64,000 nucleotides of DNA from Eledone cirrhosa (lineage: Eukaryota). The notes below the pieces were generated by a model, which worked only from the letters and a program-made list of their open reading frames with translations, was not told where the DNA came from and did no database searches. The position numbers were made by a program, and so were the translations under genes. Each line of letters begins with the position of its first letter. The stretch's first letter is position 1. The stretch is from contig OZ024749.1 of NCBI GenBank assembly GCA_964016885.1, positions 48,794,001-48,858,000 on the forward strand, in the 5' to 3' direction. Shown here in pieces: positions 47,888 to 64,000 of this stretch.

Positions 47888-48893
47888 CCATATCTTCCTC
47901 GTATATATATCATACTTGAACACGTATATATTTACATTCTTCGATCTCACTCTCTATGTGTATGTGTGTGTATACATGGTGCGCACATGTGTACACTGTG
48001 TGAATTAACTTGTGCCTGTGTATGTAAGCATACTCAATATGACTGCGTGATTGGCTGTACGAGTGTGTATGTGCCTTAACGTTCATGTGTGTTTGGTTTG
48101 TTTTCTTTGCATTTAAACACATGCAAGCACCGTTCACTTATACACACACACGAACTGACACTCACATGGACACACACACGAATTAACACACACGGACATT
48201 CGTCACTTATGACTATCTCAAGTGGAGGAATTAGGAAACCTTTCAATGATATAGCTTTATATTTTTTTTTATTTAGCTATCTGAAGAAAATTTGATGAGA
48301 CAAGTAGTAACATAACGCGAAGCCCCACTCTTCAATATGAAGTACTTACAAATTCGGTATCCTATATTCTTAATACAGTTCGTTGATAAAAAGCTCTGAT
48401 ATCAAACAAAATTTAAGAGGCTTCTGTTTTTTTCAGTAAATTTCGATTTATTGATTAGTTATATTGTATTAACTCATAGATACGATAAAGATTTATGAAT
48501 TAACGAAGTCGCAAGAACGTCGGTAAAAAAATGTTTGAGAAGCCTGTTCTTGCTCTATGCGCTCTGTATTCCTATTATACTGAAATCAGCGATGGTTTTC
48601 ATCTCTACGAGTTTGATGAAAGTATATATACTCCTCCTCATCTCAAAATGTCTTCAACTCAGAATATATGAGAAGTTTTTAGCGATAAAACATCCAAATC
48701 ATCAACACATTTTAATTTCATGAAATTCCATTCAGGTTGCAATAGTAAACACCGAGTCTATAATAGGAACAATTATGTGAGATGTCGTCTGGTAGGATAC
48801 AAGCAATCTGGTTACCTGAGCAAATATACATCTTTCACAGGTTAACATGTTTTTCTAATCCATCTTTACACAAGCCTAGAAACTCATTATTTC

Positions 48894-48930
<37 letters not shown>

Positions 48931-48933
<3 letters not shown>

Positions 48934-49070
48934 CGAAGGAAGTGTGGTAAGGAACCAGATGGACCATAACGCACCAGACTACTCAATACTTACTGTAGTA
49001 GAGTGGGTAATAGGAACATGTTTGACCCCGACGGCTTGAGCGTTGCCGTCGGGGTCAAACAATTTCCTAT
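48931..49070 (-). mobile_element. PLE-like terminal fragment, fold-back at HHR stem III
   Basis: Homologous to 51788-51967; hairpin 49010-49070 is centred on CGGC(9 nt)GCCG-TC; (TA)n flanks. Confidence 0.7.
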
Positions 49071-49839
49071 ACACATATATATATAACTCTATTTCTCTTT
49101 CCTACCTCATCGTCCACCTCTCTATCTTCCTTTCTCTGGGACTGCCTGTTGTTTTCATGATATGTATTGTGAGAGATCACGTTCTAAAAAGGAATGACTG
49201 TGTATTGGTTGGTTCTTTGGCTGGAAAGTAGGACACACAATGTGTGAAATGAGAAATATATATGAATGAGTTGGGAGAACCTGGAACGTGACTATAATTT
49301 ACTTCATGCACATCAGACGAGTTGTTGTTTTCTAGATATAGTATATACTGTATGTCTGGTTGGCAGAGGTACCCATAAAGTATGGAAGCACTCACAATCT
49401 GTGGGGTTCAGCTGGACATTGTGAAGGGTCAGAATGTTTTGGGGTCTGAAATATCTTCTGCCTATAACGAGAACTATAAATCACATCGATGTATATCGAG
49501 TAATGTTTAGGATGGGGGGTTTCTCATGAAAGATTTTCAGTGATCCTAGCGTTTGGAGCAAACACGAATTCTCTCTTATAATTGCTTACTGTTTATGATC
49601 AAGAATGCTGTGATACATTGATAACTTATTTCCATACAGAGGAATTCAACAAAGCAAATGAACAATGATTATAAAATGAATTAAATCTTTCACTCTTATA
49701 ATTTCAGTCATTCGACTGGTCCGATGTAATACAGGCGGGAAATATCAAAGAGTTCCATAAACCAAATTGACGCCAGCAATTACTTGTATATTATTATCAG
49801 CTTCTCTTTGCCACACACGGGTCAACAGCAAGACACACA

Positions 49840-49882
<43 letters not shown>

Positions 49883-50130
49883 ACACACACACACACATAC
49901 CCCCCCCCACACACACACACACAATAGAAACATGATCGCATTTAATAAGTGTTCCATTATTTTCATGAAACTGTCCCCTAGATAACGTCGAGTGCTGCTG
50001 CTAGTATATAAGAGACAAAACATGAAAAAAAAAACGAAGCGTACCATCAGGAAACAGCACACAAGGGAGACAGTGTTGTAGTACAAGGCTATTGTCTCAT
50101 TATATCTATATATATATCTATATATCTATA

Positions 50131-50177
<47 letters not shown>

Positions 50178-50257
50178 CAAAAGGGCTGGCTGTATATCAG
50201 ACATTTCTATTTCCGTCCCTTCCACTTCTCACTCCCTATCATTATATTGTTTATTCC

Positions 50258-50330
50258 ATATTCTGATGAAAGACTATTGTCCGAAACACTAAGATTATTT
50301 TTCAACTATATCAAGTGTTAAACTAATATT
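50258..50330 (+). ncRNA. Degenerate hammerhead motif
   Basis: CTGATGA-A-AGAC(TATT)GTCC-GAAA-CACT...AGTG-TT with poor stem I. Lies in a ~200-bp insert between (TA)n tracts. Confidence 0.5.
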
Positions 50331-50408
50331 GTTCTTCATTGATTTATGTTGATTGCTTTTTTATTTCTGTTCTCACGTTTGGCATACACACACAGACACC
50401 AATATATC

Positions 50409-50499
<91 letters not shown>

Positions 50500-50633
50500 A
50501 GGAAGACAGTGAGATGAGTTTGATTTATTTTTCCCACATCTTACGTTAACTATTTTTCCCATTTTGACGCTATAGTCACTTATATATTATGGAATACTGT
50601 TGGCTTTTTGCTACAATGTTTTCTATACCTTTC

Positions 50634-51787
<1,154 letters not shown>

Positions 51788-51788
<1 letters not shown>

Positions 51789-51962
51789 ACAAAGGAATTG
51801 TTGTAAGGAACCAGATGGACCATAACGCACCAGAGTACTCAATACTTAGAGTAGTAGAGTGGGAAATAGGAAAAAGTATGACGCCGAAAGCAGAGGTCAA
51901 GCCGTTTCGATGGCTATAGCCGTCGAAACGGCTTGAGCTCTGCCGTCTGGGTCATACTTTTT

Positions 51963-51967
<5 letters not shown>
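51788..51967 (-). mobile_element. PLE-like terminal fragment, fold-back at HHR stem II
   Basis: Palindrome 51866-51967 contains the HHR 3' half GAAA-CGGC(TTGAGCTCT)GCCG-TC; (TA)n flanks. Confidence 0.7.
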
Positions 51968-52009
<42 letters not shown>

Positions 52010-52539
52010 ATGTATGTATTATTCATACATAGACTCACGCACTCGTGCAAATACATACACCATCTTACTTATATTACTGTCACGTATATAATCTCGTAAT
52101 GCCTATGATTAATCTGAATTTTCAATAAAATTAATTTGCATATTTATTTCGTATTATTAGATTAGATTATATTCGCAAAATTATCCAGCATAACCAAAAT
52201 CCATTGTAGAAAATCAATTTCCTTTTGTGTTGTTATTTATTTATACTAATCTACAAATAGAAAAATATAAGGCTGCGTAAACTGAGAAACTCAATGTTAT
52301 AAAAGCGTATATTTTGCTTTCAGAGAAATTGATGATGATGAAGAGGGGGGGGGGGGGGGCGATGATAGTGGTAAAATACGGTGGAAACATAGAAATAGTA
52401 ATAGTATTAGTAGTAGTAGATATTTTTGGTTGGTGTGGTGGTTCTGGTCGTGTGGGGAGGGTCCCGTTACTGATTCTCATGATGACACTGAAATGAGTAA
52501 TGCAAAAAAGATAATTGCAAATCATATGTGTGTTTTTTT

Positions 52540-52906
52540 CAATAAGGCATCGGTCTAATGGCTATTGTCCCAGCTGTTTACGTTCTAGGTTCAAATCCCG
52601 CCGAATTCAGCTTTGCCATTCAGCCTTACCTGATCGATAGAAAATGTATCAGTAACGAAATTGAATCAAATGACCAACAATCTCCCCTCCCAAATCTATT
52701 GGCCTTGTGCATAAATCAGAAAAAAATTGGTGATAAATTGGTAGTGTCAGAAGAGATAAAGACTACATTATTTAAATTCTGAGTTCAAATCCCGCCGAGG
52801 TTAGCTTTGCCTTTCATCCTAACGGGCTCGATAACTTAAAGCACCAGTCATATGCTGGGATCCATTTAATCGACATCCACTCCCACCAAATTGCTGGCCT
52901 TTTGCC
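52540..52906 (+). mobile_element. Two tandem SINE family 1 copies
   Basis: GTTCAAATCCCGCCGA at ~52589 and ~52783, each followed by the family body. Confidence 0.8.
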
Positions 52907-55325
52907 TTATTATTAGTAGTAGTAGTACTAGCAGTAGATGTTGTTCTTATTGTACTGGAAGCAACAACAACACGAAGAAAAAAAAAACCCAAAATAAAAT
53001 ATAGAAATACAACAACAAAACCCATAAACGTGGCTCCACATTTCACTGTTTAGTTATGTTGTGTATTGCCAAAGAACGAGAAACAACAAAGAATTATTAG
53101 AAACGTTCAGAAATTATCTTCAAATACACATCGATCATGTCTGTCTATTGGATTCCAAGGTCAGACTTTCTAATTATATTTGTGTATTTATAGGAATAAC
53201 AGAAAGAAGAATGGCGAAAATGTACGTGTTATGTTACGTTTATGGAAACATTTTTTTTCTTTTCTTTTCTAGAATTGTTCAGTTTAAATGGATGGTGTTC
53301 ACTTTGTTTGGATCAAATGTGAAAGTTTAAACTGCTACGAGTGTAAATTTAGAGACTAAAGAGAAAATGGGATTATATATATATATCGATATAAAAAAAT
53401 ATATACATCTACATATATATATATATATACATGTCTGTGTGTACACGTGTAGGGATGTATACATATCTCTCACTCTATATATATATACCCACAGACATAT
53501 GTGTGCATCTATTGCATTATCTACTTCGGAAATACATCCATATAAAGCAGAATCATTCATTCATGCAATTGAATTATGATCTTTCTTTTTTTGTGTTTCT
53601 TTCTCCCTTTCCTTAATAGTTATATTTATATATATATATATATATATAAGTATCTCATTGTACTTAAAGTAGGAATGACCACATCAATATTTCAAAAGAA
53701 GCCAACTATAATCATAGGATAACTGAATTAACTAATGTTTAGTTATGTATTCAAATTGGTGTCTATAATTTATGGCATTATGTCGTACTTAATGTTATCG
53801 AATGATGTTTTCAAGTATTTATATCACAGGAGAGCAGACATTCTTTAGCCACTAGCATCCCAAACTTTATCTAAAAGGAAAACAGTAAGCAATCTATATA
53901 TATCTATTATTTCATCAACTTTTTTTGCCATCCGTCTCTGTCTATCACTGCTGATATTGTTTAGCGCACCAGGTTGATATGTCATTGAACAATCATATCA
54001 TCCATAGCATTCCAAATGTGACAATGCGGTTTATTTAGAGTTTATAGTATTTATTTCCTTGTGTAAAATGTTGGAGTTTCATTTGGGAGAAGTTTACTGA
54101 ATAATCTAGTAGACTGTGCAAATAAAAGCACATTAATATTGTATCTGCTAGCCGTGTGTGCCATCAGGCAAGTATTGATAGTCGATCCAAATGGCACATT
54201 ATCTACCATAAAATACAAGGCATTGTGAACATATTACACAGTAAAATTTACCCACACTATAGATTCGTATTATAGGCACAATTACTCAAGTTTAGTGCAA
54301 TATTATAATCGCGTATGTTGACCAATACATGACAGAACATTCGTTTGTCAAGTACGAAAGAAAAAAAGACAAATTGGATTTCAAAGCAGAACGTGTTTGA
54401 ACATAAAACGTAAATCGATGTAAATAAACCTTTCAATATATTTCTTCAAACGCTCATATAATTTAGTCAATCCAACCCCTTGTAATTTAACAACATATCA
54501 CTATAACTAGTTCAATAACATGCTAATTCACTGAGCTTGAATATTGCTTGAATGATGAGGAGAATGCCTTGAAGTTTTACTACAAACGTGGTACTTATTC
54601 CACAGTCTGTTAAGCTGAATCTCTCAGAGAAATGTTTTAAAAAGATACCTGCATCGGGAATGCTCAGCAAATTACAAACTAATTTAATGAACAGTTGGTT
54701 CCATTGAATAAACAACTGGATAACGCATCGTTGAAATCGACGAAGCACCAGTTTAATTTCCAACCATTTCACATGCAATGAGAATGTACTTTAAATACTC
54801 TTGAAATGATTATTTTTGCATCGAATATATAAATCATCATATCGTTTTTAACGTGTTAATGAAGGAGCACGTATTAAGTAGTTGCAAGAATAAGTTGTGT
54901 GGATTTGAATTATTATAGCTTTTCAGAGTCTAATTAAATTATAGTGTAAATTACAATATATTCAATAAAGAAAGCCCGTATTATAGAGATACCCCTTCTA
55001 TTTTGTTTTTCATTCATGTAAATATATATTTTAATTTCGGATAGGAGAAAAGAAAGGTCTGTATACTTTCAAAGCTTTATAAAATATCAAGTGTGTGTAT
55101 GTATGTGTGTATTTGTGCGTGTGTGTCTGTATGTATGTGTGTATGTGTGTGTGTTAATGCTTTCAGAATTAATCAATGAATGGTTCTTTTATACAATATA
55201 CAGAATGCTAATCACACACCACGTAAAAGTTCTATTTGCATAATGAAATTAAATTTACTAAATGATTTTGTAAGCTAGAATATCAATTTCGTAGGTTCGA
55301 ACCCTAATCACATATACATGCAGAT

Positions 55326-55445
<120 letters not shown>

Positions 55446-55488
55446 ATTTCTCTTTATCTCTCTCTTCCCCCTCTCTCTCTCTCTGATC

Positions 55489-55552
<64 letters not shown>

Positions 55553-55819
55553 TATATACATATATATATATACATACATATATATATATATAGATATATA
55601 GATATTTCGTTTCTGAATTTGTTTAGCAAGATTCTTTATCTGCAATCGTGTGTTGAAACCGATATAGTTATACTTTGGGAGGGTCATGTTGCCAATAAGA
55701 AACACACGCACCAGTTGCTTTCACTTCAATTTATTATATATTTATAAATTTATAAGTTTATAAATTTATAAATTTCTGGTTGGTTGGTTGGTTCCACAAC
55801 CAGATAGTTGTTTATATAT

Positions 55820-55864
55820 AGTCATAGTTCTTTCGTCACACACTATGTGACCTCTTCAGTGACT
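55820..55864 (-). ncRNA. Minimal type I hammerhead ribozyme
   Basis: Minus strand AGTCA-CTGAAGA-G-GTCACA(TAGTG)TGTGAC-GAAA-GAAC-TA-TGACT: 5-bp stem I, 6-bp stem II, one extra nucleotide after A9. Confidence 0.85.
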
Positions 55865-56147
55865 GGGGATTCCTTTCTTTGTTTCTGTGCCTCTCCTTTG
55901 TTCTGTCCTACGCCATGTGTTTATGTATGTGTATGTATGTGTATGTACGTGTGTGTGTATGTGTATGTATGAGTGTGTGTGTGTATATATATATTCACAG
56001 GATATATTCGTGTAAATATCAACCCTTCTTCTTCATATGTAATAGCTCAATATTTACGATTCAAAGTTGCACTTAAATATTACGATATGGAAATATTTAT
56101 TTTTAACATTTTACCCTTTTATTGATATTTGATTTGATGTACGATAA

Positions 56148-56300
56148 TAATTGTTTCTACTTTAGGCACAAGGCCAGCAATTACCCAGTACATTACTGGT
56201 ACTTTATTTTATCGACCCCGTAAGGATGAAAGGCAAAGTCAACCTCGGCGGGATTTGAACTCAGATCGTAAAGGGACGTAACTATGCTGGAAAGCATAAT
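56148..56300 (-). mobile_element. SINE family 1
   Basis: Close match to 34633-34790. Confidence 0.88.
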
Positions 56301-56719
56301 ATTCAATTGGTTCGCAATTATGCAAACAGCCTCTTTAAGCCATGTCAATAGAATGATCATGTCTTTCTTCCTATTATGTTGTCATATAGACAGAAGGACA
56401 TACACTAATGTTTCTAGGTGATTACCGTTCATCAGTACTGTATACTGCCAACTGTCTGAGCTAGTGTAAATATATGATATTTTCTGAAATATACAGTGAC
56501 TGAGCGGTCTGATTTGCACATTTGCAGACTGCTTGTTACTGACATGGCTTAAAAAAGCTGTTTGCAAAATTGCAAACGAATCGAATATCATTATTAATAT
56601 TCGAAAAACTCAGATTACATTTATTCTATTCAGCCATGTCGAGCGATAAAACTATTTGTTAGTTACACTTTTAGCGATATTTGTTTTGATGTGCTTTTAC
56701 CGATATTTGTTTTGATTAC

Positions 56720-56961
56720 ATTACATGGAAAAATGAGAAAACTCATCGCTGGAACTTCCGTTAAAGCAGGAATGCTGTCAAAGACAGCGATGGGAGAAAA
56801 TGCCTCCGAGGAGAGAAACCAGCACTCAGTGGCCAACAGAGAGATACTCCACGAGGTGGCTAAGAGACAGATGAAATATAGTAAATATTGAAAGGTGAGG
56901 AGGACAAAGAGAAGTGTGTTGGGATATAGAAGTGACTGGAATAAATAAATAAATAAATAAA
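56720..56961 (+). mobile_element. Decayed RTE-type LINE 3' end
   Basis: Frameshifted G.KCLRG.....QW and EDKEK resemble the RTE terminal GxRxRGRP..W...DR..W motif; (TAAA)n tail at 56940-56961. Confidence 0.45.
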
Positions 56962-57689
56962 GGCGATGTACATGACAAGTTTACACACACACATCTTTCC
57001 CCTCATCAGCTCTCAACCAGGAAAATGATTTCACACATATATCTTAATGACTGAAGGAAACACAGGCGTCTCCAATGAGTGGATGTTCAGGTTTGGTCTC
57101 CAGAAATTATTTTTTAATATCACATTAGCTATCAAGGCTTGCGGAGGGTTTTTTTCTCTATTATTTCCTATCATTTTATTTGCGATTTTTATTAAAGACA
57201 ACATTAGAAATTACCGTGCAGCCAGTCTACAATACGTGCATACGCAGAAGGATACATACGTACACATGGTGTCGAAGTCTGCACATTAGGCATACACACA
57301 TGAAGTAAGCGCAGAGAAAGTGCATTACACTAAAAGGTTGTAAAATACACCAGCATAATGGCATAACACTAAAATGTTAAGTCATCTGCCCAGTTTTTGG
57401 TATTTGAAAGTTATAAATATTATATAATATTACCGTATTTTGATGTCCTGATGCGCAGGTATTAACTGCATTCGCAATATGCAGCCACAAGATACAACTG
57501 TACAATATCATTATTGAGGTGTGTTATGAGTATATTGGCCGTCATAAATATTGCATAATGTAGCCCTAGTGGAAACCTATTGTGATAACCTTTTTGTTTA
57601 TATTGGATATTATATTGATATTTCCTGGTGATTCAACGCTTGTCTGCCTCTCTTTTATTTTTTTACTTTTGCTGATACTATAATAGTAT

Positions 57690-58920
57690 GGTGATAATGT
57701 GCTTCAACACTCTCCAATCAAGAGATTTGTGTGATTCCCTGCTGACTTATGACCGTTGGGTAAGAATATTTCATGGAATTAATATTATCCGTCATCAAAG
57801 ATGAAGAGATGCTTTCCGTTTTCTAACATCTTCTAGAACTGTAATAGCGCAATTTTCTATCTGAAAACTGCTTAATAATTTATATTGTTTTAGAGCATTT
57901 CAGGCTTTTTTTTTCTCAAATCATGAATGAAACGTAGTAACAGTAGTGTCAGGGATGGCGTATTGTGCTTCCTGAACCTACCCAAAGTTTTATAGTAGGT
58001 TTGATGAGACATAGCCATGACATTAATTTGAAATGTGTTGTATTAGCAATGCATTCATTCCTCTCTTGCATTGATTTTGTTAGTGTTCCCCTTTAATGGA
58101 ATGGCTTTTCACATTTAGAGGTACAGTTAAAGCACGAGACTCAGTGTTTTATCAAGATAACACAAAGTATGACGTGTTTGCTGTTTAAGTAAAGATTAGG
58201 CAATGTCTGGGGTACCTGGTAATCAGACGCAACAACATGGGTGACGCGACATCGATGTGATTAATGACCTTTAATTCGAGGAATTCAGTATACGGAGAAG
58301 TGGAAAATACTCCTCCTTTTTTTGTAAATATTTGTTTCCAATGCCACTGTCATTGTTTTCTCTATCTTTATATGGATGTCATATGCTGCCGTATCAGTGT
58401 ATATGTTTCCATCTTGCAACAACAGCGTGGGATCTCTTTTTCATAATGGAATCCTTAAGTCCAATGAAGATTCAGGAAAAGAAGGTAAAGATGTTTTATC
58501 ATTCTTTCTGAACGAGTTGGTATTATGTGTGAATCGGGATATGAAAGTAGTCGTGATTAGGTTGGTGTACGCTTTTAATTCTCTATTATTATCGTATCAC
58601 CATCTCAGATGGCAGTTAGTCGCATTTGCAAAGCTTTAATGTTGATCTAATTGTTTCTAAATTCCGAGACAGATATCTCAGATCCTATAGTATCTTCTAC
58701 GTCCAACTTCCGTGCGGTTTGTCATCTTTCAAGGTTTAGAATTATAACCCAAAATATTGTCTCATTATTTCAACATGTTTAAGTGCATTCTGCTAAAAAG
58801 AGACCTAGGCTATTGACATAATTTTCAAACTTTCAATTACATAAATCATGTTTTATGTCTACCCATCAATATTGAATAATCCAACTTCTTTTGTTCAGCA
58901 CCTATAATGTGCATTCCTGA
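57690..58920 (-). pseudogene. Highly decayed FLYWCH/MULE-like transposase relic
   Basis: Minus-strand fragments in order LFNIDG*T, LPSFPESSLDLRIP, GVFSTSP..EF, PCCCV*LPG, NHTNL resemble MULE transposase landmarks; many stops and frameshifts. Confidence 0.4.
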
Positions 58921-59808
58921 ATGTTATGTTTGAAACTATTTTGAATGAGAGGAAGAACTTTAGCAATTACATTACTTTTTTTAATTGTCAATGGATTTAT
59001 CAAAAATGTTCCTAGTGTTCCTGATGGTGTAGTTAGCGTTTGTATAAATCATGTTTTATTTTTTTTTTTTTAAGAATTAATGTCGGGAGTATTTTTCCTC
59101 AAATTAAAAAGCTTCCATGTAATTAATTTTAATTTAAATTACCTAGAAATAATTGTTTTCATTACATAATAGGAAAAACATTCATACGATTTCCAGCATT
59201 AACAATTAAACAATTACTATTGGCATCTTTAATAACAAAAATAAAACAAACGCATGATTCTCTACGCGCCATAAACCGGGAGCCAAGTTTTCCTTAAACT
59301 CTACACTACCTTCTTTAAAAATGTGGTATACATTTATACCAATGACAATATAGACATGAATACACTGTACTCTAAAAAAGGTTTGATATTGTTATTTTAT
59401 TTTCAAAATAGATTCGTTCGAGTTGATTACCATACATACATTAATTTCAGATTATATTATTCAATGTGCCTTTTATATTTTCTCAAATAGTAGGATATGG
59501 TTGGAGGAAATAATGCACTCAATACTGATAGGCCAAGTATATGCAGAGAATACATTTCAAACGGATTTATCACAGATAAAACACTTTTATTCAAAGGCGA
59601 TACAATATCATGTATGACAGGGGGTTAAAGAAAAAATATATGGATACAAAAGTAACAACTGTTTTATTGCATGTACCATAATCGCGATGACTACCACCAC
59701 CACAAACATTGGCACATTTGACACAATGACGATGACCACCACTGCTACAAACATTGGAATATTTAACAATAATTGTTCAAAACATAAATAGTATCTGTAT
59801 TTCATAAA

Positions 59809-60000
59809 TAACTGTTTCTACTTTTGGCACCAGGCCAGCAATTATCCCAGTGCATTACTGGTACTTTAATTTATCGACCCCGTAAGGATGAAAGGCAAAG
59901 TTAACCTCGGCGGAATTTGAACTCAGATCATAAAGGGAGGTAACTCTATGCTTCAAAGCATGGCGCCCGACCCTCTACTGATACTGCCAATCCACTGTCC
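59809..60000 (-). mobile_element. SINE family 1 with target-site duplication
   Basis: Full-length; TSD CTGTATTTCATAAATAA at 59795-59811 and 60000-60016. Confidence 0.92.
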
Positions 60001-60074
60001 TGTATTTCATAAATAATATCTGTATTTCATAATGTACGAAGAACAATATGCTTTGCTGCATATTGTTACTTACC

Positions 60075-60400
60075 TGTACGTTCTGCGATCAATTCACACG
60101 AAGGTTAGCTTTGCATTTAAGCCTTACGGAGTCGATAAAATAAAGTTCCAGTAACACACTGGATCCATTTAATCGACATTCCAATTCTTCGTAATTTTAA
60201 GACCTTGAACCCAAAGTAGAAACAAACATTATGTCTACACTACATACCAGGCCAACAATTTGATGGGAAGAGGAGAATCGTTTAAATCGATCCCAGAGCA
60301 TTATTGTTATTTAATGTTCAGCTCCACAAAGATGAAAAGGAAAACGCACCTCAGAGGAAACTTAAAGTATTGGAACTAATGCCGGAAAGCATTTTCGCAT
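60075..60400. mobile_element. Two degenerate SINE family 1 copies (+ 60075-60226, - 60245-60400)
   Basis: Family body motifs in opposite orientations. Confidence 0.6.
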
Positions 60401-60663
60401 ATGACATAACAATGCAGTTACCTTTACGCAATGACATTAATGAATAATAGTAATGTTATTATCAATGTGTATCGATAAAGGGAAATAATAAAAAAAAATG
60501 TGTATAGAGGAAGATAAAGAAGTCTTAAATGTGAGAAAATACTTAAATATGCACTTAAAAGAATTGCTTTTGTTCATTTCTCTTGGCAGTGAGGGCAATT
60601 TTCTGGCTGATTTTATATATTAGATCTGTTTGGTTGTTATCATTGATATTTTTTAATCTTAAT

Positions 60664-60696
<33 letters not shown>

Positions 60697-61391
60697 ATAC
60701 ATATATATATGTATATACAATTTAGTTTATTTTCTTTGTTAGTATATACATTTTTTCTTTAATAAATTTTAATTTCTTTCTTATGTTTATTAACGACAAA
60801 TTCATTTTGCTGCAAATTTATTAAGATTAATTCTATTCTTAGAATTAAAGTAATAGAATATCAAACTCATTCATTTTATTTCCCAAGAGAGATAAGTATT
60901 TGCAAGGGAAAACGTTCAGTTTCTTTAATTGCTTTATATTGTATGTTATAAGAATAAGTTAAGGCGTGTTTTGTCCTTTCTAAATTGATATTTAAATGGC
61001 TATGTTATGCCAGGTTATCGAGGGCAATAAACAGGTTTATTCACCATCTTATAGTTATATTTCATTATGTTTTACACTGTTTTACTTACACATCTGATAA
61101 CGTATACGCAATACAAAATAACACATATTTTTCCCATATCGACTTTCTTCTTATGTGTATACCAATGTAAATTTTATATGTATTCACATCGATAATCTAA
61201 AAAATGTATATATATATAAGTGAGAAAGAGAGGAAGAGGGAGAGAGAGAGGGAGAATGGAAAGAGAGACAGAAAGATAAAAATATATAAAGAGAGAGGGA
61301 GAATTGTACTGTCTATTCGTGAAAGATACGTACAAACATAAGTACATACGTAGATACAAGAAAGACAAACGGAGACACGTACGTTCGCATA

Positions 61392-61444
<53 letters not shown>

Positions 61445-61708
61445 ATGTATGTATGTATGTATGTATGTATGTGTGTGTGAGTGTTAATTGACAAATGATT
61501 ATGTATTGACAGTAGCCATTCTTTTATCTATGGCGTGTATGATAATTAAAGATAAAATGAATACAGTAAAACATTGTATGAACTCTTTGATAATTAAATC
61601 ACATTTAATTCACACACACTTTCTCCCTCTCACACATTATCTTTTTAATACCAACGCTCGGTCCGTATCATATATAATACATACATACATACCTACATGT
61701 ATATATAT

Positions 61709-61845
<137 letters not shown>

Positions 61846-61928
61846 GGAGGTGAGTTTTATTGTAGTACAATAAAGCAATGCAGATATCGGATAAGTAGCA
61901 CTCTACAGTTTGTAGGACTGGAGTATAA

Positions 61929-62581
<653 letters not shown>

Positions 62582-62603
62582 TATAATATAGATCAGTTTT
62601 ATA

Positions 62604-62641
<38 letters not shown>

Positions 62642-62812
62642 CGTTATACTAGGGGTCATGTTATGTAATAATATTGCCAGAAATAATAACAGAACACATG
62701 TTTGGTTGGTTTTTGCTTCTGCGTCTTTATATAACCATAGTTAATACATTTGACCATCAATGTTTATCATTGACTGACCGACGGTCAAAAATACAAATAT
62801 AAATACATATAT

Positions 62813-62866
62813 ATAGTCTAAGAAAGTTCTTTCGTTGCACATCTGCGACATCATCAGTGGTACTAT
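62813..62866 (-). ncRNA. Degenerate hammerhead, related to 55820-55864
   Basis: Minus strand CTGATGA-T-GTCGCA(GATG)TGCAAC-GAAA-GAAC-TT. Same GAAAGAAC stem III; flanks share a GTTATACT..GGGTCATGTT motif; proximal stem I is decayed. Confidence 0.6.
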
Positions 62867-62891
62867 TATCATGTTTCCTCCTAATACAAAT

Positions 62892-62977
<86 letters not shown>

Positions 62978-63228
62978 CCTTTTTTTTTTTATTTTGATAT
63001 TTTTATAATTGAATCTACTATGATTTAGCTTACCGTATTGCTATATATATGTGTTTGCATGTCAGTTAAATTCAAACTTACAATGATTGTCATTATATAT
63101 ATATACGGCGGACTAGGTCTAAACATATCGACACCAATATATAGACACCACCTTCACCACTAATTTCTTTGACAGATATCTTTAACCCGATGGTACCAAA
63201 TATTATTTGGTCAGTAGTTCGTGTGTAA

Positions 63229-63331
<103 letters not shown>

Positions 63332-63429
63332 ATATATGCTTGCGTGTCTGTGTCATTACGGATTGTAGTAATTCCCTGGGAAATCTGTTGGCCAAATGCT
63401 TTGCTTAATTTTTTTATTTATTAAAAAAA

Positions 63430-63697
<268 letters not shown>

Positions 63698-64000
63698 TCA
63701 CGCACACATTAGGATAAGAGGGAGCAATTCATGGTGGTATGGATATATGTGCCGATAGTGCCATCTGTAACTGTGTCACGTTTGTTAGAAATAAATGTGA
63801 CCTCCATAAGCTTTCTCAAGCCATACGTCTCATTTTTTGTATTGTACTGTTCAATTTCATTATATTTAACTAAGACGAATGATCAATGTGATGCCATTAC
63901 CTGCATCAATTATAATGTTCTTGTCTTAGTGAATCAATTATTTCTGTGTCTTTGTTTCATTTCTCTACGTCATTTTGCTCTCGTTTAGGCCTGATTTAAT

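Noticed and set aside
54512-54778. 88-aa non-repetitive ORF (also 36170-36340)
   Set aside because: No recognisable domain or convincing splice context; a small exon cannot be excluded without RNA data.

Overview
Very AT-rich, microsatellite-saturated eukaryotic non-coding DNA. The SINE families and (TA)n/(CA)n/(CT)n load resemble an octopus or other coleoid cephalopod genome (inference). No intact protein-coding gene is supported: nearly all long ORFs in the track are translations of dinucleotide repeats. Conventional content is about 20 tRNA-derived SINE copies from two families (three with clear target-site duplications), a Lep1-like Helitron/Helentron composite at 23.5-26.4 kb, 3' relics of CR1/L2-type and RTE-type LINEs, and two very decayed MULE-like transposase relics. 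The main signal is about a dozen type I hammerhead ribozyme (HHR) motifs from mostly unrelated families, most followed by a short 3' tail ending in a (TA)n tract, as expected for Penelope-like element (PLE) termini. They include unusual variants: a ~114-nt stem II insertion, a CAGA core shared by two copies, and a CUGAGA core. Many copies are fold-back palindromes whose turning point falls on the ribozyme's own stem II or stem III hairpin. All structures were read by eye, no folding or database search was run, and most element boundaries are approximate.
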